Shown here: piece by piece, positions 11,335-24,345 of the stretch
How the letters are laid out: each line of letters begins with the position of its first letter
Numbering within the stretch: position 1 is the first letter of the stretch
Assembly: GCF_006345805.1 (NCBI RefSeq)
Contig: NC_043005.1
Coordinates: 101,184,001 to 101,248,000, forward strand
Direction of reading: 5' to 3'
Source of the DNA: Octopus sinensis
Lineage: Eukaryota
DNA: 64,000 bases
Program-made: the position numbers and the translations under genes
The notes under the pieces: model-generated
The model's database searches: none
What the model saw: the letters and a program-made list of their open reading frames with translations, nothing else
What the model was told of the DNA's origin: nothing

Positions 11335-11990
11335 ACATACCACCACCACCACCACCGTCACTACCGTCATCACCATCACCATCATCACCGCCAACAATAA
11401 CAAACAACAACATTCCCATTTTACTTCCTGAAATCTTTTTGTTGTCACTTCTCTTACAGATGGTTGTCTTTTATGTTCAGAAATGATAATGGCTAGAATG
11501 ATTTCTGAAGCCACCACTATCAAAACTGACATCAGGAAAAAATATATATGTGATAAAATCTAGTAGTAGCAGCAGCAGCAGCAGCAGTTGTAGTAGTAGC
11601 AGCAGTGGTGTGGTGGTAGTAGTAGTAGTAATAGTAGTAGAGGTGGAGGTGGTGGTGGTGGTGGTGGTAGTAGCAGTAGTAACAGTAGTAGAAGTGGTGG
11701 TCATAGTAGTAGTAATAGTAGTAGTAATACAGGTGGAAGGTAGTAGTAGTAGTAGTAGTAGTAGAGGTGGTGGTGGTAGTAGTAGTAATACAGATGGGAG
11801 GTGGTGGTGGTGGTAGTTGTAGTAGTAGTAGAGGTGGTGATAGTAGTAGTAGTAGTAGTAGCCGAAGCAAAAGTTGTTGAAGCTGGTAGCAGTGATGGTG
11901 TTGATTGTGATGATGATAGTGGTGATGATGCTAGAAACCGGGTAGTGGTGGTAGTGGTTGTTTTTGCTTTGTAATTGCTGTTGTCATTTG
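11335..11990. repeat. Compound trinucleotide repeats (CAC/CAT, then TAG/CAG/GTG)
   Basis: Directly visible; source of the poly-Thr, -Tyr, -Val and -Ser ORFs. Confidence 0.9.
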
Positions 11991-12444
11991 TGTTTTTGTT
12001 TGTATTTTGTTTCTTCTTTTTTTGTTTTTCCCTGGTCCTCATAATTTTCCTTTATTGATTCTTTCATTAAATGATCAAACACAGGAATTACAAATCACCA
12101 AAACAATATGTTGAAATTCTTACGTTATAAAACTGATAAACACACACGCACACACGCACACACGCACACACACACACACACACGCGTGCAGACACATGCA
12201 TGCACATACACACACACATACACACACACACACACACGCACACACGCACGCATGCATGCACACACGCACACAAAGCCAAGTGGGATATCTCGCTCTGACA
12301 GTAATGGTTTTCTTTATCATAGAAAACAGTTTCAGGGACAATAGAAATTATTTATTTATTGAACAAAATAGGGAAAAAAAGTACAAAATACAAAAAAAAA
12401 CGTGCTTAAATAATCTGCTTTGATATATTTCATTCCATACAACT

Positions 12445-12705
<261 letters not shown>

Positions 12706-13097
12706 TCATGAGATTGCAAAAACAGGAGTTCTTTTGTTCAGCCTGAGTTTTATCTCCAGTCTTTCCTAAATGGTTTACTAACAAATTATGTTTACAATTT
12801 TTACGACCCCTGAACATCCTGAGAAGATTGAAATGTTCCTCATATTTCGGTAAGATGCTAGTAAAACATGATAACTGCAATATAATGTTGCCAGCCATCA
12901 ACCGTGTTGATTCTAATCTTCAGTCATTTAGTTTAGGAACAAAATTAAACTTATCTGAATCCGTTTAATAATTTAACAGATACAAATAATGATCATTGAA
13001 TTGATATTGGATTCTTCTTCATTCCATCTCGTGAATCATCTCGGTTTCAAAAGCTCAGAACCTCTAATAACAATTTAAAAAATAAATACATGTGCCA

Positions 13098-13392
13098 TTT
13101 TAAAGCCTAGCCAGACTCATGGGCCTGGCTTCCCGGTTTCTATGGCATATGTGTTCCCCAGCTGGACAGGACGCCAGTCCATCGCAGCGTTACCCAAGAA
13201 ACAGGAAGAGAGAGTGAGAGAAAGTTGGGCAAAAGAGTACAACAGGGGTCACCACCACCCCCTGCTGGAGCCTCGTGGAGCTTTTAGGTGTTTTCGCTTA
13301 ATAAACACACATAATACCCGGTCTGGGAATCGAAACTGCGATCCTCTAACCGCGAGTCTGCTGCCCTAACCACTAGGCCATTGTGCCTCCAC
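13098..13392 (-). mobile_element. SINE-D (tRNA-Arg-like head)
   Basis: Reverse complement gtggaggcacaatggcctagtggttagggcagcagactcgcggttagaggatcgcagtttcgattcccagacc; A and B boxes, TCG at the anticodon position. Confidence 0.85.
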
Positions 13393-13613
13393 AAATGCGC
13401 CCTTTTAAAGCTTAGCCAGGCGTATGTGTTCCCCAGGTGGACGGGATGCCAGTCCCTTACAGCGTTACTCATTTTTGCCAGCTGAGTGGACTGGAGCAAC
13501 GTGAAATGAAGTGTTTTGCTCAAGAACACAACGCGTCACTCGGTCCAGGAATCGAAACCACAATTGTATGATCATGATGCTGACACCCTAACCACCAAGC
13601 CATGCACCTCCAC
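13393..13613 (-). mobile_element. SINE-D subfamily with ttgctccagtccactcagctgg central domain
   Basis: Reverse complement of the copy at 37704-37966. Confidence 0.85.
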
Positions 13614-14544
13614 CTTAGAACCTCTAATACTGCTCATAATACCTCTCTGTAGAGAAATAAATATTTACTCTTTGTTTCATTATGTAGTATTCAATAATAA
13701 ACAGTTTATTTATTTATTTATTTATCCCTTATTTTAGTGTTCAGTACGAATGTGAGAGAACAATGGAGAAATTCTACAGGAATTCTACAGTTGATACGAA
13801 ACAACTTCAATTACAATTGCTGTGAACTAATGGCAATTAGACTCCTAAGTAAATCTTACCTCATGTCAGTTCTAAAGTTGATCTTTGTGGATACTTAGAG
13901 CTTTATATAATGTCCGTCTAACCTCTCAACCAGTTGACATTCTCACAGCCTCAAATTATTCAGTTATTCTTTTCATGTCCAATGGAACCAACTTCAATGG
14001 AACTGGCCATTAAAGCCCTTGTTAACTTCATTATCGCTAGCATAAACTCTGGCTTGTAAACTTTCGTGATGTACATTGGTCTCAAGAAAGTCTTTACTCT
14101 TTTCTTACCAACACACCCAGGATTGCTATTGGTTCTATGGAACAAATTTCATGATTCTATGGTACAAATTTCATGATTTAGATTGATCTAACTTAAAACT
14201 TTTGATCAAAATTTCATCTTGATTTATGTTCCAAGTACTTTATAATGTTGTTTTAATAAATTCCTCATTATTTTAAAAACCAATTTAAATATTGGCAGCG
14301 TTTTTCACAAGAATAAAACGCAAGTAACACAACAGCAGAAGTTAATGTGAGTTGTTGGCCTAACAGAGCACTTAGTACTGACGCTTTGGTCAGGAATTCC
14401 ATTCCAAAGATGGTTTCTATTTCATCAATAAACCTTCCATAATTACAAAGTCAGACTTTTTCAAGAGAAGAGAAATGGAATGTTCTGGTATTCATGCTTT
14501 CCACAATTTATGTTCAAGGAAATCAGTGATATATAAATTAGATA

Positions 14545-15775
14545 TATTGAGTCATCCCATAAATAATAGTTTTTCCAGCTGCATGAACTAAAAGTTGGAG
14601 GAGGAGGAGATAAACTACCTGTAATGACTTGCTATAAAAGCAGGTTGTAATTTTACCTTGTCCATACTCTTAGTGCAAGTTTTGAAGATTGCAGTTCAAT
14701 TTTAACAGTTATTTTTTCAAAGCTATATTTTGCTTTATGAGTTCAATAAAGGCAACAATGCAATGGAAAATGCAAGGAATATTAATGCAGTATATGGGGA
14801 TCGGACAATAAGAGTAAGCCAGTGTCAACAGTGGCTCCAGAAATTCCAAGCCAGAAACTATAGCCTAGAAGACGAGCCTCATCCTGGAAGATCTGTAGAG
14901 CTTGATGAAGGCATCCTGCAAATCCTGGTGGAACACAATCCCATCATAACTGTTGAGGAACTAGCAGAGAAGCTCGGATTTGGTTAGTCAACCATTCATT
15001 GACACCTGTGTGTCATTGGAAAAGTAAGAAAATTGGGTCAATGGGTTCCTCATAAACTTTCTCAGTCTAATCTCGTGCAAAGAGTGAATGGGAGTTCTTC
15101 TTTGCTGTTATGTCTCACGAATGAACCTTTTTTTGAACTGAATGGTGACTGGTGACGAGAAATGGATTCTCTATAAAAATGTCAAGCACCAAAAACAGTG
15201 GATGGGGAAAGGAGAAACACTGGCACCCCAGGCTAAAGAAGGTCTTCACCCACATAGGGTGTTATTATCTGTTTGGTGGGATATAAAAGGTTTAGTTCAC
15301 TTTGAACTTTTAAACCCAACCCAAATGATAACAAAGGAGATCTACTATGAGCAGCTTGAGTGGTTTAAGTCAGCACTAGAAGAAAACTGACCATCTTTGG
15401 TTTCAAGATGAAAGGTGTTCTTCCATCAGGATAATGCTCAGCCACATACAGCAAGGATGACATTCCAAAGACTGGAGCAGCTACAATGGGAAACAATGCC
15501 ATATTCACATATTCACTGATTATCATTTATTCCAGTCATCAAAATCATTTGGACAGGATAAAAATGAATTCTGTAGATGAGGTCAGAACAGTACTGGAGG
15601 AGTATTTTTTGTTATGGACGAGGGAATTTTGGAAGAAGGACCTTGCAAGTCTACCAAATAGATGGAAGAGCATTGTAGAAAATGAAGGAGAGTATATTTT
15701 AGATTAAAAAAAGAACATCTTAATTTTGAAAACTAAAAGAATAAAAAATTGCATTTTTTATAAGATGACCCAATA
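14545..15775 (+). mobile_element. Near full-length defective mariner transposon
   Basis: TIRs TATTGAGTCATCCCATAAA (14545) and TAAGATGACCCAATA (to 15775), with TA ends. ORF pieces: LYEFNKGNNA..., WVPHKL, VTGDEKWILY, LLSVWWDIKG, FHQDNAQPH. Multiple stops. Confidence 0.92.
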
Positions 15776-15789
15776 AAACCAGTTTTGTA

Positions 15790-15995
15790 AATGATGGCAG
15801 AATCATTAGCATGCCAGGCAAAATGCTTCGTGGTATTTTGCCTGTCTTTACATTCTGAGTTCAAATTCTGCCATGGTCAACTTTACCTTTCATCTTTTCA
15901 GGGTCGATAAATTAAGTACCAGTTAAATACTGGGATTGTAGTGATTGATTTACCTGAATCTCCACAATTTTCAGGCCTTCTCCCTGTAGTAGAAA
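15790..15995 (+). mobile_element. SINE-E
   Basis: gatggcagaatcattagcatgccaggcaaaatg...cattctgagttcaaattctgcc. Confidence 0.8.
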
Positions 15996-16229
15996 GGATA
16001 GCTTAGTGTATCATGCTCAGAGAGAAAAATCAAAATTCAGCCATGTGTCACATTTTAAAAGTGAAAGATGAACTATAAAGTGGCAAAACCCTTATAAAAG
16101 TTAACAAAATCACAGAACCCATATCAATTTGTTAAGGTCCACCACAGCTACTTTAATTTCAATAAGTCATTTAAAGAAACAAAATTATTTTACAAAGAGA
16201 ATATATGCTTATTAAAAAAAAAAGATGGG

Positions 16230-16640
16230 ATCATGTAATGTCTAGCTTCCATGCCAGCATGGGTTGGATGGTTTAACAGGATCTGCTGAGTGAGGGGGGG
16301 GGGCGGTGTCAATTTAGGTTGGATGTCCAATTTAATGCCAACCACAATAGAGAGTCTACTGGGTGCTTTTTTTTTCATGGAACCAACTTTAGTTATCCTC
16401 ACCTGGTAACTTGCAAGGCTATGGCTCTAATGTGGCCCCTGCGACTGAGGGAGAATAGAACAGCGAGTGGATGGGAGTGATGAGGGCTGGTATGTAAGAG
16501 GAGAGAATAGGGAGTACAGCAGGAGAGGAGAGTGGGCTGTCCAACATTGTAAGAGGCAGGCATGAACAGAAGGTGCAAGAGAAATGTGTCAGGAAAGAAG
16601 AAGTAGAGAGAGAGTGGATAAAAGACGAGATGTTAAGATG
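16230..16640. mobile_element. RTE-tail fragment (minus) plus an unclassified purine-rich repeat also seen inverted at 49170-49355
   Basis: ttccatgccagcatgggttggatgg; ggtaacttgcaagg versus cttgcaagttacttggtcac. Confidence 0.5.
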
Positions 16641-16822
16641 TGAGCTGTTATGATGTTGATGTATTTTAGGTACAAGATATTTTAAATATAAAGTAGATAA
16701 GTAGATTTGCTATTAATATTCATTGAAGTACAGTCCAGTATAATTTAGATAATGTCCCTGAAGACTATCTACTTTCTATTCAAGTAATTCCTAATTATTG
16801 ACGATATAAATTAAATAGGCAA

Positions 16823-16889
<67 letters not shown>

Positions 16890-16893
<4 letters not shown>

Positions 16894-18665
16894 TTTCATT
16901 TATTTGCCACAAGGGTGAAGGATGAGAGGGACAATACAAAGACAGATATAAAGTGTGGGGGTTTACATATAATGAAATGATAAATAAAAGAAAGAAAGAA
17001 AGAAAGTAAATATATATGGTAAACACTGAAAAACAAAAAGGTTTTAAAAAACAAAAAACGGCAGGGAGGATGATAGAGATGTGGCCCTCCTGGTACAGGA
17101 AAGCCTCTACAGATAATCGAGGGACCCCATTGTCTAAGATTTCCCTGAAACCCCGGGAGCAAGTGCCCCTTCTAATTCCTTCTCTCCAACTCACAGGCCT
17201 ACACTTAGAGAGATACTATCCCCTCTTGCCATTTTCACAACTTCCACTCAACTTTCAATAAACTCACTCGAGGACAGCACTTTCCCCCTCCACTCTCAAT
17301 TTCCTTTACAAGTGAAACTTGAAAAAGTTGATGAGAGTTCTACCAAAGAGAAATGTATCTGTCCTCATGCTTTTCAGCTTTGTCCACCAAACAACCTCTT
17401 TCATCAGAGCCACCAGGCAAAGGAAAACTGCTTTGCCTGCCCCATTGAAGAAGGGTGGTTGGGCAATCATTACTACAGACTCAGCTGACAGATGGACCCA
17501 TCCCACATGTGACAGTAGCTGTTCTACATAACCTCACAAGTCAGCAATGCCTGGACATTGAACGAGAGCATGCTGAACAGTTTCATCACTCTATGCGCAC
17601 CTTGGACAAGTCTGTCTGACAGCACATCCATACCTGTACAGTTTATCTTGAACTAGTAGCACACCACCCGGTAGCACTGCCAGACCAAGAACTCTGGCAA
17701 TTATCCTTGAAAGTTCCTGACCAGAAAGTCCACTGGAACAGACTAGCCAGTCCATTCTCATCAGCACCCAGAGTCTCCTGAGAATGTCATTGCACTTCTC
17801 AGCCACACATCTTCTATAAACTTCTTAAGTGAAACATCCATTGATCCCATTGCCCAGCTGGTCGAGGGTTGTGAGTGCCTGATGATATTCTAGGTGTCAG
17901 GCACCCAGTTTCAGTCTTTTCTTCATCCAGGACTGCAGCTCCATCAAGGAGACGAGCTGCAGAAAGACGAGCCTCTCAAACGGAGCCCGCCATCCAGAAA
18001 TCATTGCACGTAGCGTAACTTAAGAGCATATCTGCATATTAGGAGCCATAGCTTACCTTTATCCACCACTCAGAGGATGCGGGCAAGAGACTGACTGCCT
18101 GACCATTGGAATGCATCAATTCCACAAGAATTTAAATAAGACACATTCCAATTTGGTCAAGCAGTAATCAGGACAAGGCACAACAGTCAGGTGATAAATG
18201 ATAATGAAGGTGATATAAGCATTTGCCACCTCTGCCTGACCTTTCAGGGACAGCTTCCTCTCAACCCATTTCTGAGTTAGACTGGCCACCCTGTTCACCA
18301 CTTCATCCCAGTTCTTATCAATCTAGAGGTCAGGACCAAACCAGACCTCAAGCAGTTTAACTGGTCTATCAGTCCAGCATCCATCAACACCATCCGATGG
18401 CATTGTCATACCTCTCCAGGAGCCCAAACACAAACCCACTTATTTGTCAGTGTTGATTTTAGCCCCTCAAACTGACTCACATTCTTTTAGGATGGTGCCG
18501 ACTGTCTCCACTTCAGAGGCATCTGACCCCATGATGGTAATATCGTCTGTGTATGCCAACACTGCCCTTCTTAGTTCCAGTTTGAAAGGGAAGCCTCTTA
18601 GCTTTTCCAACTTCCACAGCAGTGGCACAAGTGCCAATACATACAGAAGAGGGGACAATGGGCAG
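16890..18665 (-). mobile_element. 5'-truncated Tx1/L1-clade LINE (RT C-half, CCHC finger, 3'UTR, (TTA)n tail)
   Basis: Minus strand: CPLSPLLYVLALVPLL...YTDDIT...KINTDK, W.ERKLSLKGQAEV.N, LFKFLW, TCPRCA*SDETVQHALVQC. Tail is the (AAT)n tract at 16822-16890. Truncated just before the QG motif. Confidence 0.9.
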
Positions 18666-18746
18666 CGATAGTAATAATAGTTTCAGTTTTGTATTTAATT
18701 TGAAACATTTTTGATGTAAACTCATGTGCTGAAACAAATTTTGTTG

Positions 18747-18951
18747 TTTACTCTTTTACTTGTTTCAGTTATTTGACTGTGGCCATGCTGGAGCACCACC
18801 TTTAGTCGAGCAAATCGACCACAGGACTTATTCTTTGCAAGCCTAGTACTTATTCTATTGGTCTCTTTTGCCGAACCGCTAAGTTATGGCGACATAAACA
18901 CACCAGCATCGTTTGTCAAGCGATGTTGGGGGACAAACACATACACACAAT

Positions 18952-18997
<46 letters not shown>

Positions 18998-19086
18998 CGA
19001 TGGGCTTCTTTCAGTTTCCGTCTACCAAATCCACTCACAAGGCTTTGGTCGATCCGAGGGTACAGTAGAAGACACTTGCCCAAGGT
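18747..19086 (-). mobile_element. SINE-A lacking its head
   Basis: Reverse complement of the SINE-A body; cut at cccaaggtg where the adjacent TIR element begins. Confidence 0.85.
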
Positions 19087-19394
19087 GTTTGTTGGGAGAG
19101 TCCTTATGCCAGTAACAGTAACACATGCACAGGTGCAACTCCACTTGTTTATCGTTGGTCAGTTGGATAAATATCTATCCAACTAATCGATCATTTGTTT
19201 AATGTGTTGGTTAAATAATCAATCGATCATTTGCTTGATGGACAAGTAAACCTATTGATTGTTTAACCAACACATTAAAGTAAAAAATCAATTAGTTAGC
19301 TGATTAGATATTTCGTCAAGTGACTAACAATACAGAAGTGAAATTGAACATGTGTACATGTTGTTATTGGTATAAGGACTCTCCCAAGACACAA
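19087..19394. mobile_element. MITE with ~55-bp imperfect TIRs (superfamily unclear)
   Basis: tgtttgttgggagagtccttatgccagtaac...cacatgcacaggtgcaactccactt versus aagtgaaattgaacatgtgtacatgttgttattggtataaggactctcccaagaca; second copy at 61040-61275. Confidence 0.75.
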
Positions 19395-19402
19395 CAAAAT
19401 AA

Positions 19403-19992
19403 TTATAATAATAATAATAATAATTGCCCTGATGCAGTACCTGGCAGTGGCTCTCGTGGCTTCTGATCTTCATTGATTGGAAGTGTTATAACATACATTG
19501 TTTTGTCTTGGTATAAAAGATGGACTACAACAAATATTCTGCTCAATACCACAGATTTGCTTGTCAGTTGTTTGACCTTAACCAGTTGAGCATGGCCCTT
19601 AGTGGCTGACGATATGTGCATCTCTGACCACGAGCAGAAGTAGTGGGGGAGCATCATAGCCATGTGTTGAGAGGGATTCTTTGGGGTTTGAATAATTCAC
19701 CTCAGGAAACATGGGTGTTTCATTCAACATCCTTCAACAACCCTTATTCAGGGACTTTTGAGCGGGATGGGTTACTCAATCTGAAGAAAATTCTAACTGG
19801 GCCCCACCTGCAAGGTCATGTGCTGTTTATCTTGATATGAAATCACCATGTCGCGCACATATGGTTGTGATGCATGTGCCTGGTGTACCCTTATCAGACA
19901 GGTAGTCATGATGGGTATACTGGGCTTCGTATATTTTACCCCAGTGTCACTTTGATGGCATGCACTGCTCTCTCACTCAATAATAATAATAA
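19403..19992. mobile_element. ~560 bp non-coding repeat flanked by (TAA)n on both sides
   Basis: Starts ttgccctgatgcagtacc after (TAA)n and ends ctctctcactc before (AAT)n; its right end is also at 1000-1131. Confidence 0.75.
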
Positions 19993-20014
19993 TGATGATG
20001 ATGATGATGATGAT

Positions 20015-20190
20015 GATTTCAAAGTTTTGCATGAAGCCAGCAGTTTTGAGGCTGGGGCTAAGTTGATTACATTGACCACTAAAGAATAAAAGATAAAGTC
20101 GACCTCAGCGGAATTTGAACTTAGAATGTATAAAGGCAGATGAAATGCCACTCAGCATTTTGCTCACCATGCTAATGATTCTGCCAAGCT
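20015..20190 (-). mobile_element. SINE-E
   Basis: gatttcaaagttttgcatgaagccagcag...gtcgacctcagcggaatttgaacttagaatg. Confidence 0.8.
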
Positions 20191-20224
20191 TACAACCCCA
20201 ATGGTATTGACAACAATAACAATG

Positions 20225-20480
20225 ACAACAATGAGGAAGAGGGGGAGGGGAGGAGAAAGAAGAAGAAGTGGAGGAGGAGAAGGGAAGAGTAGGAGGAAGA
20301 GTAGGAGGAAGAGAAAAGGAGAGGAGGAGGAGGAGAATAATAAGAGAAGAGGTGGAGGGGAGGAGAAGAAGAAGAAGAGGAGGAGAAGAAAAGGAGAGAA
20401 GAAGAAGAAGAGGAGGAAGAAGAAGACGAAGAAGAAGAAGATTGATAATAATGATAATAATAATAATAATAACAATATCA
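20225..20480. repeat. (GAA/GGA)n purine tract plus (AAT)n
   Basis: Directly visible. Confidence 0.9.
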
Positions 20481-20899
20481 AATAATTACTATGGTGATCT
20501 CAGAAATACATTCCATTAATGACTAGTAAACAAATGATGAAAACATTTAAGTCTGAATTTTGAAGGTGTTTGCTGATGAGCAGTTATCAACTTGATTGAC
20601 AACTGCTCGTTAAACAACGCAGCTGATCAAATACTTATGTCTGAATTATATCTGATGTACCATCTTATCATATGTCCTCTGCCTACGGTAGTCACTAAAT
20701 CTGAAATGTTATCTGAAGATTCATTGTGATATCTTATTGAAAATAGGGCTTTTGTTGAAAGAGAGTTTGCAGTTAAAACAAATGATTGAAGCACATAGCA
20801 ATTATCTCATTCACTTCTGAGCCCCCATCATTGGTTGCTGCATTTCACATGATCTGACTTCTGTCTTCTAAGAGTACATTTCACACATCACCTATCACA

Positions 20900-21110
20900 T
20901 ATCCGTTCAAGTATAAACCCTTGTCCTGCCCAGATAAGCCACTATCTTTAATGTGCAGCCGGCTCTTTTACCTCACTTCTTTCAAGCAGATGAACATAAC
21001 ATATTCATCTAATCATTTTCATTTCTCTTCAGCATATGTAGGATTTTCGCCATTCAGTTCCCAAACGCTTAGGCCATACGGTACTGCATTTGTTATTCAT
21101 GATACATGCA
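20900..21110 (-). mobile_element. Degenerate RTE RT fragment
   Basis: Minus frame NAVPYGLSVWELNGENPTYAEEK*K*LDE resembles the RTE motif ML.GSETWAL..ED...LE. Confidence 0.35.
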
Positions 21111-21399
21111 GTCAAGCTTTCACATGAAAAGTGAAATCCTTTCTTATATGAACAAAGTCAAATGCAAGATCAGGAATGAATTTAGTATCGGAAAGTGGGT
21201 ATTCAATAAAGTGCTTTCTTGATCTTTCTGTTCTAACTACCAGAAGTCACTTCAAGGGTATTTCAGATTGGAATACACATTAGATATCTTCTAGGCCACT
21301 AACTCAAATATATCAAAGAACTACCGTAGGGATTTATAGCATACAAGGGTGAATTAAGTCAAAACATCTAAGAGATGAACATTGTCAAAATTACTATAC

Positions 21400-21995
21400 A
21401 AAGAATTGAAAAGAATCGAAAAAATCTTTACAAAATCAGTGTTTTTCGAAGTGCTAATGTATTGAGAGAGAAGTTTAGCATAAAAGGAATTTGGTGCAGT
21501 ATGTAAGAGAGAAAACTGCACTAGCTTGGTTATGAGAAGCAGAGGGATGCAAATAGCTCCATAAAGAGTGCCAATCTCTCAAAGTGAGTGGAACACATGG
21601 AAGGAGGAGAGCCAGGAAGACATGAGATGAAGCACTGAAGGATAACCTCAGGATGCTGAACTTCTCAGATGTGATAACAAAGCACTTGGTACCTTGTTGT
21701 ATTCATGAAGACCCATCCTCCACAACAGAAGTGTTAAGACCACCCCCCTTAGTGAAAAGGACTGGTCTGCAAGAGACTTGAGCCAGTGCCATGTAAAAAG
21801 CACTTATGCCAGTGCCTTGTTAAAAGCACCTCATACACACTGTAAAGTAGTTGGCATTAGCAAGGGCATCCAGCTGTAGAAACCAAGCCAAATCAGGACT
21901 GGAACTTAGTGCAGCTATCCAGCTTGTCATCTCCGGCCAAACCATCCAACCCATGCCAACATGGAAAGCAGACGTTAGAGGATGATGCTAATGAT
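21400..21995 (+). mobile_element. Degenerate RTE 3' end
   Basis: aaagagtgccaatctctcaaagtgagtggaacacatggaaggagg...gccaggaagacatgagatgaag, then 3'UTR and (GAT)n. Confidence 0.7.
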
Positions 21996-22129
21996 AATGA
22001 TGATGAGTTAGTTAAAATAGTGGTTGAGAAAATGATAAAATATGATCATCCTTTAACGTCCAAGTGGACATTAAAAGATGATGAAGACGATGATGATATA
22101 TATATATATATATACACACAACACACACA

Positions 22130-22410
22130 CTGTACTTGAGGAGACCTATTGAGTCAAGTACATCAACATCAAAAATCAAATGGAAATTGTAGTTGTGATA
22201 CCTGTGCCGGTGGCATGTAAAAAGCACCAACCGATCATGGCACCCACTACACTCACAGAGTGGTTGGCATTAGGAAGGGCATCCAGCTGTAGAAACACTG
22301 TCAGATTAGACTGGAGCTTGGTGCAGTCTCCTGGCTTCCCAGACCCCGGTCAAACCGTCCAACCCATGCTAGCATGGAAAGCAGACGTTAAACGTTGACG
22401 ATGATGATCA
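22130..22410 (+). mobile_element. RTE 3'UTR fragment
   Basis: cctgtgccggtggcatgtaaaaagcacc...aaagcagacgttaaacgttgacgatgatg. Confidence 0.85.
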
Positions 22411-22689
22411 TCGGCAGAATGGCAATGAATCAGATTGTGTATGCCAGTTATATTAGAGTAACATCATGAGTAATGATAAAGTGAGAGTCAGAGATGGTTT
22501 CTGTGCCATATTTGCTGAATGTGGATGAGAACAGCAAAGATTGATGATTATGAAAAGAAACTTAGAGACTTGCTATTTGTGTTGGTAATAACTTAATAGA
22601 TGTAAAATACAAACTATATGAAGTGTGTGTGTCTTTGTTTATGCATATGAAAGCTGGGACTATATAAAAGTGAAAATGACTAGAAAATA

Positions 22690-23096
22690 GTTTTCTTTAC
22701 TAGCCACAAGGGGCTAAACACTGAGGGGACAAACAAGGACAGACAAATGGATTAAGTCGATTACATCGACCCCAGTGCGTAACTGGTACTTAATTTATCG
22801 ACCCCGAAAGGATGAAAGGCAAAGTCGACCCCGGCGGAATTTGAACTCAGAACATAGCGGCAGACGAAACACCTATTTCTTTACTACCCACAAGGGGCTA
22901 AACACAGAGGGGACAAACAAGGACAGACAAACAGATTAAGTCGATTACATCGATCCCAGCCCGTAACTGGTACTTAATTTATCGACCCTGAAAGTATGAA
23001 AGTCGACCTCGGCGGAATTTGAACCCAGAATGTATCAGCAGACGAAATACCGCTATGCATTTCGCCCAGCGTGCTAATGTTTCTGCAAGCTCACCG
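22690..23096 (-). mobile_element. Two abutting SINE-B copies
   Basis: tttctttactagccacaaggggctaaacac...gacgaaacacc, immediately followed by tatttctttactacccacaagggg...ttctgcaagctcacc. Confidence 0.9.
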
Positions 23097-23783
23097 ACTG
23101 GAAAATATGCAAGCTGAGCTTGTGGAGATTGTAAGCTAAGCTGAGTTTGTAGATAATGTGGATTATGTTGAGTTTGAAGAGATTGTGGGAATGAACTGAG
23201 TCTGGTCTACAGGCAGCATTAACAAAGAATATGAAATTACAGACTTTTTCGAAAGGCTATTTTGTCAGAAGTTAAAAATAAATTCATAAAAAAATCTGTG
23301 ACGGGTATTTTTCTGCTTCAAAGTAAATACAAAACAGAAGTTTGGACAAATGAGAAATACTGCAACAAATTTGAATGACAATAAAATAATGTCAAAGTTT
23401 AATAGCTGAGCCATAATTATGTATTGGTAATTATGTCAATAGAAAACGATACAACTTCATGGAAGCTAAATAATACAGATTGCTTTGTAATTAGCATCTG
23501 CGACAAGCAATAAAATTTCTTCAGTATGTTTTCCAAATAAGAATGATAAATCCCATTCAATGGAACCTGCCACTCACAATGGAGCTGTTTCGAATGGAAG
23601 AAGGAAAAAAATCAATGTATTCTATTCAGAAGCAGCAGCTTCGTAGTCATTTGAGAAGAATTACACAGAAAAATATACAGCATAGCAGAAAAATTTAGCT
23701 TTTACAAGTGCTAAAAACCACAACATCATTCGCTTGAAATATGTGGCAGCAAAACATCAGAGAATGAAAACAATTTGGTCTCT

Positions 23784-23784
<1 letters not shown>

Positions 23785-23835
<51 letters not shown>

Positions 23836-23948
23836 GCATTACATTTGTTATATAGTTTATTGCTGACAGATATATATACACAAGTGTGTGTGGGTATATA
23901 TATATAAATATATATATATATACACATATATATATACATATATATATA

Positions 23949-24003
<55 letters not shown>

Positions 24004-24021
24004 ATGTATGTATGTATATGT

Positions 24022-24087
<66 letters not shown>

Positions 24088-24145
24088 GAGAGGGAAGCAG
24101 GAGTTATACAGGTAGCAAAAGAGAGAGAGAGAGAGAGATACAGTG
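23785..24145. repeat. Compound (GA)n/(TA)n/(GT)n/(CA)n microsatellite
   Basis: Directly visible. Confidence 0.9.
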
Positions 24146-24305
24146 AAGAAGGAGAGAGGGCTATATTTTAATTTAAAAACATTGTTCCTATCAATAGCTC
24201 TTTTATCATTAGAAACAAAACCACGAATAAACTATCTGACTGTTTCTGCATTGTATTAGCTTTATGAATTGAATCAATTTAAAAAGAAAACAAACAAACA
24301 AGTTA

Positions 24306-24345
<40 letters not shown>

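Noticed and set aside
13985-14070. Minus-strand peptide ARVYASDNEVNKGFNGQFH resembling a cadherin A.D.D.G.NG motif
   Set aside because: The frame is only about 28 codons between stops, has no other cadherin motifs and lacks convincing splice sites.
20570-20625. CTGATGA followed by a hairpin (hammerhead candidate)
   Set aside because: The stem is followed by TCGTTAAAC rather than GAAA; this is just a small inverted repeat.
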